A stretch of DNA of 64,000 bases from Styela clava (taxonomy: Eukaryota): NCBI RefSeq assembly GCF_964204865.1, contig NC_135250.1, positions 6,696,001-6,760,000 of the forward strand, in the 5' to 3' direction. The notes beneath the pieces were generated by a model. That model saw nothing but the letters and a program-made list of their open reading frames with translations. It did not search any database and was not told where the DNA came from. A program made the position numbers and the translations under genes. Below are positions 35,411 to 48,500 of the stretch, piece after piece (within the stretch, counting starts at the first letter, position 1; the number at the start of each line of letters is the position of its first letter).

Positions 35411-37994
35411 TGTACTTATGTGTTTTTATTTAAAATCTGATAAAAAAAAACATTCTCATGTTAAATTTTCAGCTTCGCGCAGATTTTTTCTATAAATTTC
35501 TTCTTCAGGTCTAACTTTATTTATCGTTTTAATGAAACTTTAAGTTATGATCCTATCCGTTGTGTGTAGACCGTAGAGCCGCTTACGTAACAAAACGTGA
35601 TTTACATGCTAATAATCATTATCTTAACATCGTCTCTATCGTTGACCACAATTCTTCGTTTCGGTATTTGGTGTGTAGAAAAAACACGACCAAGCACAAT
35701 ATTTTATAATATAAACAATCAAACGCCGTGGCCCAAAAAACGTATGTAATAAATTTCATACTTCGGTTACCATTTTGTACATTTTTCAAAAAATCAAACA
35801 TCAAGTTAAAATACACGTATACACGTTGTGCCTGACAGAGATAATAAAGTTAAAAAGCGCTAGAAATTGAAACAAGAATGATGAGCAAATATAAATCGTA
35901 CCGACGGGTGATATATATGTATTTTGTTCTGTTCAGAATTTTGGAAGTAGCCTACCCAGGTGCACGTCCTGTCAAACTAGAATTGCACGGGATAAACGTA
36001 ACAAATGGTGTAGTAGCAGAAGCCTCATGTGTACCCGGAGGATTAAAATTCATAGAAACTTGCATGAAAATTACGGGTCGCTATACACTATACTTAAATT
36101 TTGATTATAGTAGCAAAGAATGAAGCTACTGGTTTTCATTCTATCCATTAAAGTGAAAGTGCTCATTTTTGAGGAAAAGCTTTCTACTTGCATGATAAAG
36201 CTTAGTCTTAGTAGAATCAGTACTACCTTTACCGGTAGTCTACATCGGCTGCCATATTAGTTTACATTGAACTTGCATTTTAGTTCCTGCGAGAAACTCT
36301 TAACTTTGCAAGAGATTGTTATCTCCTACCTCAAGAATTCAGTCCTAAATAAATCAACGGAGCGTGTATGACCAATTCGTTGGCAATGTTTGCACACAGC
36401 ATAGTTCACATTTTTACAGAAGTTTGCATTCGTCTCATCGAAATTTTGCACAGGAAACCACAAGTCTAAAAAGATGCGGATCTTGGATCAAGCTTGACAA
36501 ATCCAACATTAGAGTCTCTCTTAGTACAAACAAGTGAGCTATGCTAGACGTGAAAATCGCGCATCTGTACTGGTCAAGTGGCGGCCTGGTCAAGTGGCGG
36601 CCATGTTTGAATCGAGTCCACTCTGTCCTTATTTTCTTTGTACCCTGGAATCAAATATGTGTCAGCAATCGGAAAATTATGTCATTTGGGTTCATCAACA
36701 TCTCTATGTATATACAGATCATAATTCGTATGGATATGGGGTTTAAATTGGTGTTGTTTTTGGAGTTTCTGGAGTATGTGTACCAAGATGGCGCACAACC
36801 TGACCTGTTTTACATGTTAATAAACACCGGCGCGAATAAATGATCTGAAATCTTGTCTGAAACTGCTCGCAATTCGCCCTTCAGACATTTGGTGTGTAGA
36901 AAAAATGAGAAAACACAAAGAAACGGACATAGCAATCACGAATAACAGGACCAAATAACACACCGCAACATATTATATAATACAATCGAAAGCTACCACA
37001 GTTAATCTTTGATTAGATTCGTTGTTCGTGTTTTTGAATCGTAGTTCCACTGCCCAACAAGCTGAAAACAATTGGCTGATGTTCAAAAATATGCATCTTC
37101 TCTCAACTTATAATCAAAATTGTTTTGAAAATCCGAAATACAACATCATTTGAGTGAACTAAATTCAGATTTGACTAAAGGAAAGGATTTCAAGGAATCA
37201 AAAAAAAATCAAATTTTGGCTTGATTATTTTTTTACATTTTTTAACTCATAAGTTTAACTTCGCAAGTGCCTTAGTGGCCATTTTGTCCATTGGTTCATG
37301 AAATTCAATATAAAGTCGCAAAAATGTATATACGTGTGCTTTCAGTTGCCTAGATTCAATTACACAATGAAAACTGTATTTTTAGCGACGGCCGAATAAT
37401 CTTTCGCCGTATGTTCTATCAGTGATTTTTACTTTGGGATGCGATAAATTGTAAATGTGATAAAGTATAGACTCAAAAGTTCCCACCTTTGGACAGAGCA
37501 CAAATCATTTCTCCGTAATTCAGTTTCAAAACTGAATTTAGACCAATGCGTGGTGGCCAGATCTCGCAATCAAATTGCAGAGAATACTAGATAATACGAT
37601 ATTTGGCTCAGATGCGACTGCCTGTGGGTGTTAAGTAAAAGGTAAAGTGAAAGGAGCAAATGTACGTGGGCTAAAACGTACGGTACATGTCGTCATTATC
37701 AGTTTGATAACCAAGGTTATTGAAAACTTTGATTCGAACAAATTTTGAGTGGTCGAGGTCGAGGATTGATTACTTATACTTTGCTCTATTTGGTTATGCT
37801 AAGGAACCTCCTTCGCAGTATACATTCACGTTACTAAACATTTTATTCGCTCAATGCCGGCAAATTTTTGAAAGATTTGAATTTAGTATATATATCAATT
37901 CACAACATGATTTTAGTCATATAACTACAGAATATTGACAATGCGTGATTATTGAGTTCTTTGCAATGACAATCAGCATATCATCCCCTGTAAA

Positions 37995-38733
37995 TTATAC
38001 ACCATATCCTCCAGTGATTTCGAGTCATGTCCCGTTTACGTACGAACTCTCATCGGATGCTAGGAATAAAATACATTTCGCTATTTCCTCAGCTTTCGCC
38101 AATCTTTTCATCGGTGTACCCTCTTCAATCGCTTGTAGAAAATCTCTGGAAAACACCATTAGTATTGGCGTTGTGGTCAGGCCAGGTGCATGCATGGCAT
38201 CGAACTTCATGTTTTCCGTATACCAAAGCCAATGTTTTGGTGATGCCAACGACTTTAAATTTAGAAGCAACATAGTTGGACATTTCTGTTATGCCTTTTA
38301 TGCCAGCAATGCTCGATATATTTACCACTGTTGCTCGGGTGTCATTAGAAGTAGTGTTAAAGTTTGCCAGTGACAACAAAAATTGCTTGCGCATTATAAA
38401 AGTACCTTTCAAATTAACTCGAAAAATGTCGTTGAAGACGTTGAAGAAGAATGTTTCTTCCATCTGGTCAAAAGAAGATAGATTGGTTGCAATTCCTGCA
38501 CAGTTAACGAGAACTGTAATTTTTTTTCCAAGTTTTTCCTCAGCAATCTTGAAGGCCTCTGTTGCTTGACCTGAAGAGGTCACGTCCGTCTTAATAGTGC
38601 AATGTGTGTTACCAGGGTCAGAATCAAGAACTTCGGATGTTTCCTCCATCCCGTCTTAATTTAAATCCCAAACTGCTACACTGCAACCTTCTCTAGCGAA
38701 TAATTCAGAAACCGATCGCTCAATCTCACTTCC
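37995..38733 (-). pseudogene. SDR pseudogene, copy 11 (copy-5-like)
   Basis: Start codon and the first part of the glycine motif are deleted, there is an in-frame stop near 38657 and a frameshift near 38190. It retains SSIAGIKGITEMSNYVASK and ends GGYGV*. Confidence 0.85.
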
Positions 38734-39572
38734 ATAAATTATTCGTTTAAGTTTCCGTTATGACCGTTTTTTTTCATTCAACCAAGATGGTTGTTTTAAA
38801 AAATTGCTTCACGATACTTTGCCACTAGAAAATATATTCAACGTTCCTGTTCACTCTTGGACATAATATTTTCGACCGGCTTTTGTTGACAAGAGCTGCT
38901 GGACTGCCGATTATTGGACTGTGGTTTCCTTTTATTATTTGTTTTTACATAAAAAAAAAAAAATTTTTACCAGTGCGTTTTAATTAATTAACATATTGGA
39001 TTTTTACGGAATCCACATATTGCTTAGCAAAACTGACAAACAAATCGGTGGAGATGAATTGCGATCGTGTCTGATTTTGAACAGGATCTTCCTTTCACTA
39101 CTCTGAAGTTGATGATAACAGGTTTTAAAAGAAAAAATAACACACGAATTGAGATGAAATAGCAGGCTTATACTCAAATGCTTGACAAATAAAAATAGAT
39201 AATATGACTTAACGTTAGAAAATGAATTCACACTATAGCGTTCCATACTGATCTATGTTCTATAACGAGGTATCGAATGAAATTTCGTTATTGGCAAGGA
39301 GCTGGACACAAATCAAGAAGCAACATCCGTATATGTGTTTTTAAATTACATTCAACACGCACATGGGCACTTCTGTATAATAGTATATTTATATACAAAA
39401 CTATAATTGATTTAGTTTTTTTCAAAGTAGCGTTTTGATAAGATATTTTGTCCCTTCAATGGGGATCACGCCGCGTCCCCTTACGAAATGAAAGTATCGG
39501 AATTTTAAAGAACTTTCGAGTGATGACTTGCGTCTTCAATTGTCCCATCTGCAGGAATTTACTAAACAATTG

Positions 39573-42500
39573 TCAATGACGCAAAAGTCTTCTCCTTCTT
39601 GCCAATGCTCTTCTGACTGCGATGTCACTACTTCGCGTCTGTATTCTTCGGTGAATCATCTCGCAGTCATCTACGGATTTCAGACCGATCAGTTTGGTAT
39701 TCCCACGTATCGCACTTGTATGAACGTGGGGAATGTAATTTGGACACCTACTGCAATAGCCCATCCCTGTTTTATCTTGATAAAAGCCTGGGGAACATGA
39801 AAGACATTTCACCGCAGATTTGATTCGAGGCCTGTAAGTTCCTCGCGGACACTCGACACATTTTCCTCGCCCTTCGCTATCTTGCTCGGGAACTTGGCCT
39901 CTTGGGCAATCGTTTGTCTCAGGTGCTAGTTTTATAAGGCGAGGCTGTGATGCGCGGTAGTGTACAACGGCGTTAGTAATATAAACAGGTGTTATCGGGG
40001 ATGGTAGGTGCTGGCTTACGGTCTCGATTCTTGTAGTAGGCTCTGTCGGTACCAAGAAAAACTTTGGTCTTTCCAGAAATTTAATTTCCGGGATTTCAGT
40101 TGCCAATGTTGGTACGCCTGTTTCCGAATACATTGCGCTTGTTAGAGACTGCATTGCAACGGTCGTAGGGGATGAAGACGTACGAGCACTATATATCAAG
40201 GTGATTTCCATTGGAGTGGGAGATGGCTCGGTGGTGGTTGTGGTTGTTGTACTCAATGTTGGTGTAGTTACTAGATTTCGGATATTTTCTCCGATCGAAC
40301 GAACATCTAAAAGTGAAAAAAAAATATGATTGCGAAATTGTAGTTATCATGAAATTGGCGAACCTTAAACAAAGAATTGATTCAACGTTTACATTCAAGA
40401 AATGTAATTTTCAAATTTTCTCGTTCGCCTAATTAGGCAATTAAGATCAGGCAAAAAAGAACATCTTAACCCCCTTCCACAAACGGGTCTACTAATATGT
40501 GATTGAGTCGCCGTGCGCAGCGGAGAATCCAAGAAATAGTTTTAGAGTGGAATAGATAAAGATAAAATCTTATTTACTATTGCGCTTCAAGTTATCAACA
40601 AAGTCTTTATTAAAAAGCCACTCATTCTTGTATAAACGATGTTTTCAGGTCTACACTCCGAACAATGCTCGTAATAGGCAGCTACTGGTATGTCGGAGGC
40701 TAACATTTTTTTAGTTCAACATTGCCTACCCTATTTACCACACACTAGGTCAGGCGGTAATACATCGTTAACGAAACTATTTAGCAAATGTGAACAAATA
40801 TTTATTTACCAATGCAATCTGGAATGACATTTCCTGGAGTCCAAACACCGTCGTTATCGCATACAAATGTTGGTGGCCGTCTCTGGAACGCGTACCGTGG
40901 ATTACATCTTGGAATGCAATACACTCCTCGTGCCCAGGTTTGACAACGTGCCTGGCCGTTCTTAGGACCTGTTGGTCTGCCACAAGAAATGGCTCCTGCC
41001 TGTTGCAAGCTTTTAGGGCCTGTAAGTTTTGAGATAAGTTTTAAAAATTAGCGATCGCTTCAAATAAATTTTATTGAATGAGAAAAACTTACGTCGAATT
41101 GAGACAGTGAAAGCGCATTCCGCCATGTTTCCTGCAGCGTCACTGGCAGTGTACGACACGCTGTAAGTACCCCAAGTGATATTTCCACGTGGAAATCTTG
41201 ATTCCTTCACTAGTTCAACCGCAACATTATCTCTGTAAAACAAGAGATCAATGCTCAAATATAGGGACACGATGACTGCGCATTGGTATGGCACGATAAA
41301 GCCTCAGAGCACGGAATTTGCTGATATGATTGTCGGCAAAGCGTGGAGGAGGCGGTCAAAAGTGGCGAATAGAATTGCTTTTTTTCCCCAACAGCAAATA
41401 CAATAACTCCAACAACAACAATATTAACAACAACAATTTGGGAAAACGATACATGGGTTCACTTCATGACCATCTCAGTAAATATGATACACGAATTTCT
41501 TTCCTTACCTGAAAACAGGACGCTTCCATGATATTTGAGGGAATTTTTCCATCGATTCAATAGATATTGATCTTGGGCATTGTTGAATTATCGGTGCTTG
41601 TCTGTCTAAAAATACAGTTTCAGAGTTTGAATATTAACCAACTTTAAGATTATAAAATTCATTATACCTCTCACTCGAACACGCATTACGCAAGAAGCTT
41701 GACGTATCTTATCATTAGTATACGCCGTAAACCTAACACTTGTTGTGCCAGCTGGAAATATATCCCTGGATTCACTGCCGTCATTTCTCTGCTCTGTGAT
41801 CTCCATGTTTGTAACTGGCTTTGGAAGCTGAAACAGCACGATGTACTTATAGAAATTATGTTTTCAACCCTAATTGATTGATTAGTTAAAAATGGTACTC
41901 CCGTAGTATGTGTACCATGTTAGGGTTAGCGGACTGTTTGTGTTAGCCAAGTGAATATACTCTCACAGGTCTATAGGTTTCAGTCTCTTCACACAACTTG
42001 CTGTGAATTAATCAATCGAAATTATTCATCTCCATATTGGTACACATACTTCTGGAGCGCCTTCAAAATTGGTCCTTACCGTAACTTTTGCAGAAGATTC
42101 CCCTGGTGCAAGTTCAACGTCAATATCTCGCGGACACTGAATTTGTGGATTATCAGATGATGCTGAATATTGGAAAGAATGCTTTCATTAGCGTAGAAAC
42201 AAAACTCTTGAATCATATAAGAATATACAAACCAGTAAGATTTCTGGCAACGCATGTCGGCGGCTCGTGATCCCATCTGTGGTTTATATTGCATCGTATG
42301 ACTCTCCCTCCTTTCATAACGTGAGTGGATACTTTGCAAGAAAAGACACACATCATCCAAGGCATGCTGCTGTTTTGCGCACATGCTGGAGGTATTACTT
42401 TCACTCCATCGGGAATAGCCATTGGAGGACACCAGCCTGCAGCTGTTTACGTAAAATAATATATGTTGGTTGAAAATCAACAAATGTCTAATTTAGTTTC

Positions 42501-45500
42501 TTTGTATAAGATCAGACTTACGACTACATGTGGGCGGTTTCCCTGTCCACCCACTATCAACGCATCTTCGCCTATTCACACCCACCATTTTGTACCCACT
42601 ATTACAAGCATACAGGCAGAATCTTCCCCGTGTTACAGTACCGTGATGAACGCAAGGCGCTTCAGGCAGAACGCGTCCGTTGGAAAGAGGTTCCAGTTTA
42701 GGACATGCGCCAATCAACGCTAGAGAAAAGAAAGAAAAATAGTCAAATATGTGGATGCCTACTGAAATGTATAAAAATTTCAGCCAAATGTTAAAAGAAT
42801 TGTAAAGAATTTAATATGAAAGTAAGTCTGTGAATAATAAAAACTAGCAAATGTTGGAGAGCAATATAACCTAGCAATATAATCGTATAACCTAGCTAAC
42901 GTTGGAAAAACAATCAAAATCCTTTTAGTGACCTTTTACATTTTCAAGTACTGAAAATCAATTTGTCTATATATAGTGCAATAAAACCTATTTTTCACAA
43001 CCCATACAACAACAATTAAGCAGTTCACTTCATGTCCAAAAACGTAAAATTCTGCGACTTTTAAAAACTTTTCCAGTGAAGTTAATACTCACGACTACAA
43101 CTTCTTCCATCGCGATTCAATCGCCAATCATTATCACATGAACATCTGTATCCCGGTCGAAGATTATGACAATGAACTTGACAACCTCCATTATTAGTCT
43201 GGCACTCGTCGATGTCTAAAATACGCAAATATCGATAATAGCCATATGATTGTATTTCAAGCCGCCAATCAGAAAACATCGATTAGAAATTAACGATAAA
43301 ATCAAAAATGAGTAGACAGCAGACTGATCAATAAATTTCAGCGATTTTTTCCATCTTTTTGTATTAAAAAATCGAAATCGATCGGTCCATTAATTGCAAA
43401 AATTAAGATTTTTTACGAAAACAACAAACACCCCAAAGAGAATTACAGCAATAATTTAGCGTTTTATAAGTCCCACACGTCGGCTTTTCAATTAATGCAT
43501 GCCTCTATATTAAATGTCTGGATTTCAATCTCAACATCTTCAGAAAAGCATTTCGCATTAATATATGTATACCTATGCACACGTTTGAATTTCTCGACTC
43601 CATCTTATATCCCCTGGTGCAAGTACAGTTATAGCCTCCCTCGGTATTGCTGCACAATCCACCTCTTCCACACGCTCCCCGATACAGTGAGCATTCGTCT
43701 ATGTCTGTCAAATGAAATAGAACGTAACTCGATTTATCGGCACCTGATGAAACCAATTATTACAAGGATATCTATTTTCTCATAGTGATATCGTGGATAG
43801 ACAAAAAGATTTTAGTATAGTTAAATTGTAACCTTGGCACTTTCTCCCGTCTGGTCCAAGTCGGAATCCGTCTGGGCATTCGCAGGATACGCTGCCAGGC
43901 GTATTGGCGCAATTATGAGAACAACCATAGTTTGCGTCCTCGCATTCATCAATGTCTGAAAGGCACAAAATATAAAAATCAAACCCAATTTAGTTTCCTT
44001 AAAATTTAGTTTATGTAAACTCATCCATATTTGATGATAATACCTGTACATGCTATGTTCAATTCTGGACTCCCTCTGTATCCAGGCAAACACAAACAGT
44101 GGCTTTTGTCAGCTCCTCCTGCTTTTTTCGTTACTGAATTTTGTGGACATGGAAGACATCCGTTTCCGTCCATATATGTATTCTCTTTGCAACCTGTTAA
44201 AACATAATCCATTAAACAAAGTTGTTGCATGATATCTTTTGTACGAATTAACTATAACTCAAGATACCCGAGCACGAAAATCCATCTGGAGAAAGAACGC
44301 GATCCTCTGGGCAAGTACACGTATAACTCCCATCATTGTTGATGCAACCATACGTACAGGGAGAAGATTCACACTCATCTTGATCTAAAATATGATTTTC
44401 TTTCGTTTTAGGACTTTCAATTAAAATTAAGCCTTTTACACAGCATCGTTTACCTGAACAAGTCTGCATATCTTCATTTAATTTATACCCAAGTGAGCAG
44501 GAACAAAAGTAAGATCCATCTGTGTTTGTGCATATTTGTTGACAATTCCCGAGACCACCATGTTCACTGCATTCATTTTCATCTAAAATGTTCCAGATTT
44601 ATAATTTATTACATTGAAGTTTAAATTTCATTATTAATTTGAAGTGGATAGTCGACATACCAACACACGTCTTTTCGCCTGTTTCTTCGATCACACTCAT
44701 AACATATCCAGGCTGGCATACTTCAGAACAAGTCAATCCCTCAGCGTTTAAACGATAATTCACGTTGCATGCACATCGGAAACTTCCCGGGGTGTTTTGA
44801 CAAAGATGTTGACAGGGGCTGCTAGTAAGACACTCGTCCGTATCTACAATTTACCAAAACAACATTTTAGGGGCTTGTAACCTCGGATATGTTCCTTGGC
44901 TACGCATGTAATATGTGAACCAAGATGGCGGACACCGGGACGCAGTATGTGTACCAGGTTAGGGCTAGGCCATAATTTCAGGTACAAATACTACGGGAGA
45001 CACTTGATTAGCCCCCAAACTCTTAATAGAACTAAAATAAATAAAATTGGAAAACAAATTATGTTCTAACCCTAACCTGGTACACATACTACGTTCCAGT
45101 GTCCGTCATATTGGTTCACATACTACGGGAGCGCCGTCCCTTGCACCCACAGTGGTGGTGTACAAACGACCATGGTTAATTATCCGCGATTTAAAAATTT
45201 AAGCAACAATTTACTGACGAAGTACATACCTTCACATGTTAGCATATCGTCTTGTAAGGTGTAACCAGGTGAACAAGAGCAAAAGAAGGAACCATCGGTA
45301 TTTGTACACATATGTTGGCACGCCCCTAGGCCTTCGTTATCTTCGCATTCGTTGTTGTCTGAAAAATATATATTGTGTGTTTAAAAATCGAAGTAAAAAT
45401 ACACTCACGATTTGTCTTAGGATAGGATAGGATTAACATATTTATTCCGGGGAGAGGGAAAGCCGATAACACGACACGTATGGGATTAGTTGCCCAGTTA

Positions 45501-48500
45501 TTTGTTTTCCGAAGCATATACTTGATGGTAGAGGAAGCCGCAAGCGACCAGCGGTTACGTGGACCACCCTACGACGACGAAGAGTCCAGCAATCCTCTCG
45601 CACATAACTATCCCCACATGGGATTCGAACCAGCGACCCACGCAGGGTAATCAGAGGTGCGGTGGCGAGCGTATTCCTAACGCTTAGCACGATGCGCCAC
45701 ACCACCGAGCCATGTTTCAAAATATTTTGCTGACTCACCAACACAAATTTCTTCGCCAGAGTCCGTATCTAGCTGGCTCACATACCCAGGTTGGCACAAT
45801 CCTGAGCAAGTTAGTCCGTCTTCGTTTAGTCGATAATCTGGGTTGCAGGAACATTGAAAACTTCCGAACGTGTTTTTACATAGTTGCTGACATGGGCTAC
45901 TAATCAAACACTCGTTGATATCTGAAATGAAAATGAGGTTTCAAACTTTTTGAAAGTAGTGAAAGCAAAGAGTTTTCAATAAGAATCGTGAGTGAGACTA
46001 AATAAAGTACAAATAATTGCAAATATCTGTGGGAATATAGTGAAACTTTAATAATAAAAAAATGCCAGGTTTAGTGCCTGCCTATATACATTCAATCAAT
46101 ACAGTACAATTTTCCATAATTTTAATGTTTTTAAGGTTTATTAATAATGTATTTTTAGAGTATCTTTCACCAACTGTGTGGCAAAATGAACCAGTTAGAT
46201 TTAGAACATCTGGATTTTAATGGTTTCTTCAGAATTCAATTCAATGTTCCAAACACATTTTCTGGTAATCAGTCGCGGCAGCAAATGTTCTGAATATGGG
46301 AAGAGTTCAAGTTTACCGAAAGTATGAACCCGGCAAAGCAACCCACACGTGAACCAAAGTTCCTCAAGGTTTAATATCTGAAGTTACAAATAATACGTTG
46401 ATATACTAACCTAAACAAGTTCTGTTATCATGCTTCATAAGGGAATATCCTTCTCGACAGGAACAATAGAATGATCCGGGGGTGTTGTAACATTCGTGAT
46501 TGCAAATTTTCTTTCGTGGTGCATTACACTCGTCGATATCTTGAATAAAGAAAATATATTTATTAAATACCGGTATATGTGTCTTTAAAATATGGTTAAA
46601 ATGACCCGAAGAGTCGAGCAAGAAGTTTGCACTCCACTTTACCGAGCAGGTAAAGATTTACATAGAACATGGCATTTCTTCATTCATTATGCTCACTACT
46701 ACTTACTTGTAAATTGTTCCCTATGCACGGATTTCGAACCTCGCAGGGGTTACGAAGTCGTAAACTACCGTGAGACGACAAGGGGAGCAGCAATTCTCTC
46801 GCACATACCGGTAACTATTCTCAACAAGAATTTGCCTGCGTACCCACAGTGCATGGTTTCATGGAAAGTGTTTTCCTAAGTTTCGATAGTCCGTATAGCC
46901 TTTATTCACTCACCCAAACACGTTGTTCCATCAGTGGAACGAAAATATCCTTCTTCGCAAGTGCAGAAGAACCTTCCTGGAATGTTCACACAGGATTGCG
47001 GACATCCTCCGTTATCAACAAGACATTCGTCAATATCTACGAAAAAATAATATCGTAGTGTACTGACAAAATCATGGAATAGCATAAAAAATGAACGCTC
47101 AAGAGGGTATACTAAATGTGTGTTTCTCAGTTCTCTCTAGTTTAGTTTGCAGTATAGTCCCACTTTGTAATACCAAACTCGTAAAATCGGGGGCCAAGTG
47201 CTTGTACAAACTTCCGCTCATAAATATACTCACCAGAACATCGTCCTGACGAATCTTCCTTAAATCCAGGTGGACATTTGACGTCTTCTGGAATGTTGTT
47301 GAATGATATTTGTTGATAAAACAAGTACAGAAAATTATCCAGCCAACAATTTTGTCAATAATTTCAATGGGCCATAAAGGTATGGTTATTTAATTATATT
47401 ATTGTAAAAAAAAATAATTCATTTATTTGCGCGAAAAAATATGTCATTTGAAAAGCTTTATAAAACTTAAAGATTCAGTCAAGGTTCGTTAGGCGCAAGG
47501 TCACCAGTTACATGTTACTACGGAAACAAATGGCGCGAAAATTTAGTGTGATAGCTTGTGATCATGGTTTGACAATTCGCAACAATTGTAGGCCACTCAG
47601 TAGGTATTGCAGGCTTAAAGTTTATTCATATCTGTCTCTGTTGACAATAGAAGAAAACTTTAGTAAAAGGCTGAACGCTTTTCATCAGGTTGGTAGCAGT
47701 AAGATATTTGGGTGGACAGGCAGACTAGGTTATACCGGTAACGTCAGACTACAGTAGCAGGCAGGTGAATTACTCTTCAATATTATGTGAAATCTTATAG
47801 AAATATACCCTTAAAATAGCCTATGTTGATTGTTAACCCTACTGCTACGCACCGGTACCTCATCAGATATTTAATATATATCTTAAGTTCGCCAAAAATA
47901 GCAATAAGTAACACATACTTTCGCATCTTGGCAATTTTCCTTTCCATTTTCCATTTCTCATGCAGTAAATATTCCTATCACCTCCTACTAACTTCAAACG
48001 AACGAGGCAGTGATACTCAACAAAATATTGATAGTCATCTCCTTCGTAGTCTCTGGGCTTTGGTTGGGTCCTGCGAAATTATTTATGAAATACAAATATA
48101 AACTATTTTACAATAGTTTGTTACAATATCCATTGCAAAGTCATTTGCTTACGTGTAATATCCTCTGAACAGTCTCCTCGGTGGAGGGCAGTTTTTAATT
48201 TCAGTGGATGTCTGGGGTTCTTCGTCGCTTGCGAGATCATCCGGTATCTAATTAAAAAGAACAAGTAGATATAACATAAACCGCATTAGAATAAACTAAA
48301 CCAGTGGTTCTCAACATTTTTTGCACTTAACCTCTAAGCGGTGTTATTAGATTTACCCCTAATGTACTCACTGGCGCTCATTTATTAAAAAACGAAATTG
48401 CCAAATTACCCTCATTATATTCGCACGGGTGACTAGCTGTTTCCAAGGTCTGACTGAGTAGTAGGTAATGCTTGCAGATTCAACGTCAAACTGGATTCGA

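Larger units (their letters stand above)
32336..36803. repeat. Segmental duplicate of parts of the SDR cluster
   Basis: 32336-33711 matches ~20045-21397; 33872-~36085 matches 25418-~27520; 36088-36508 matches ~28420-28900; 36512-36803 matches ~31098-31400. Confidence 0.85.

Noticed and set aside
10666-38569. Recurrent antisense ORFs over the SDR genes (e.g. MLAHYESTFQINS..., ...RHAPFTYELSS...)
   Set aside because: They are shadows of the conserved sense CDS, recur only because the genes are paralogous, and have variable ends.
44955-45080. Interstitial telomere
   Set aside because: Only one or two TTAGGG-like units, embedded in MITE arms.
45600-45711. Functional tRNA gene
   Set aside because: A and B boxes are present, but there is no convincing cloverleaf and the sequence continues into a SINE body with other copies.
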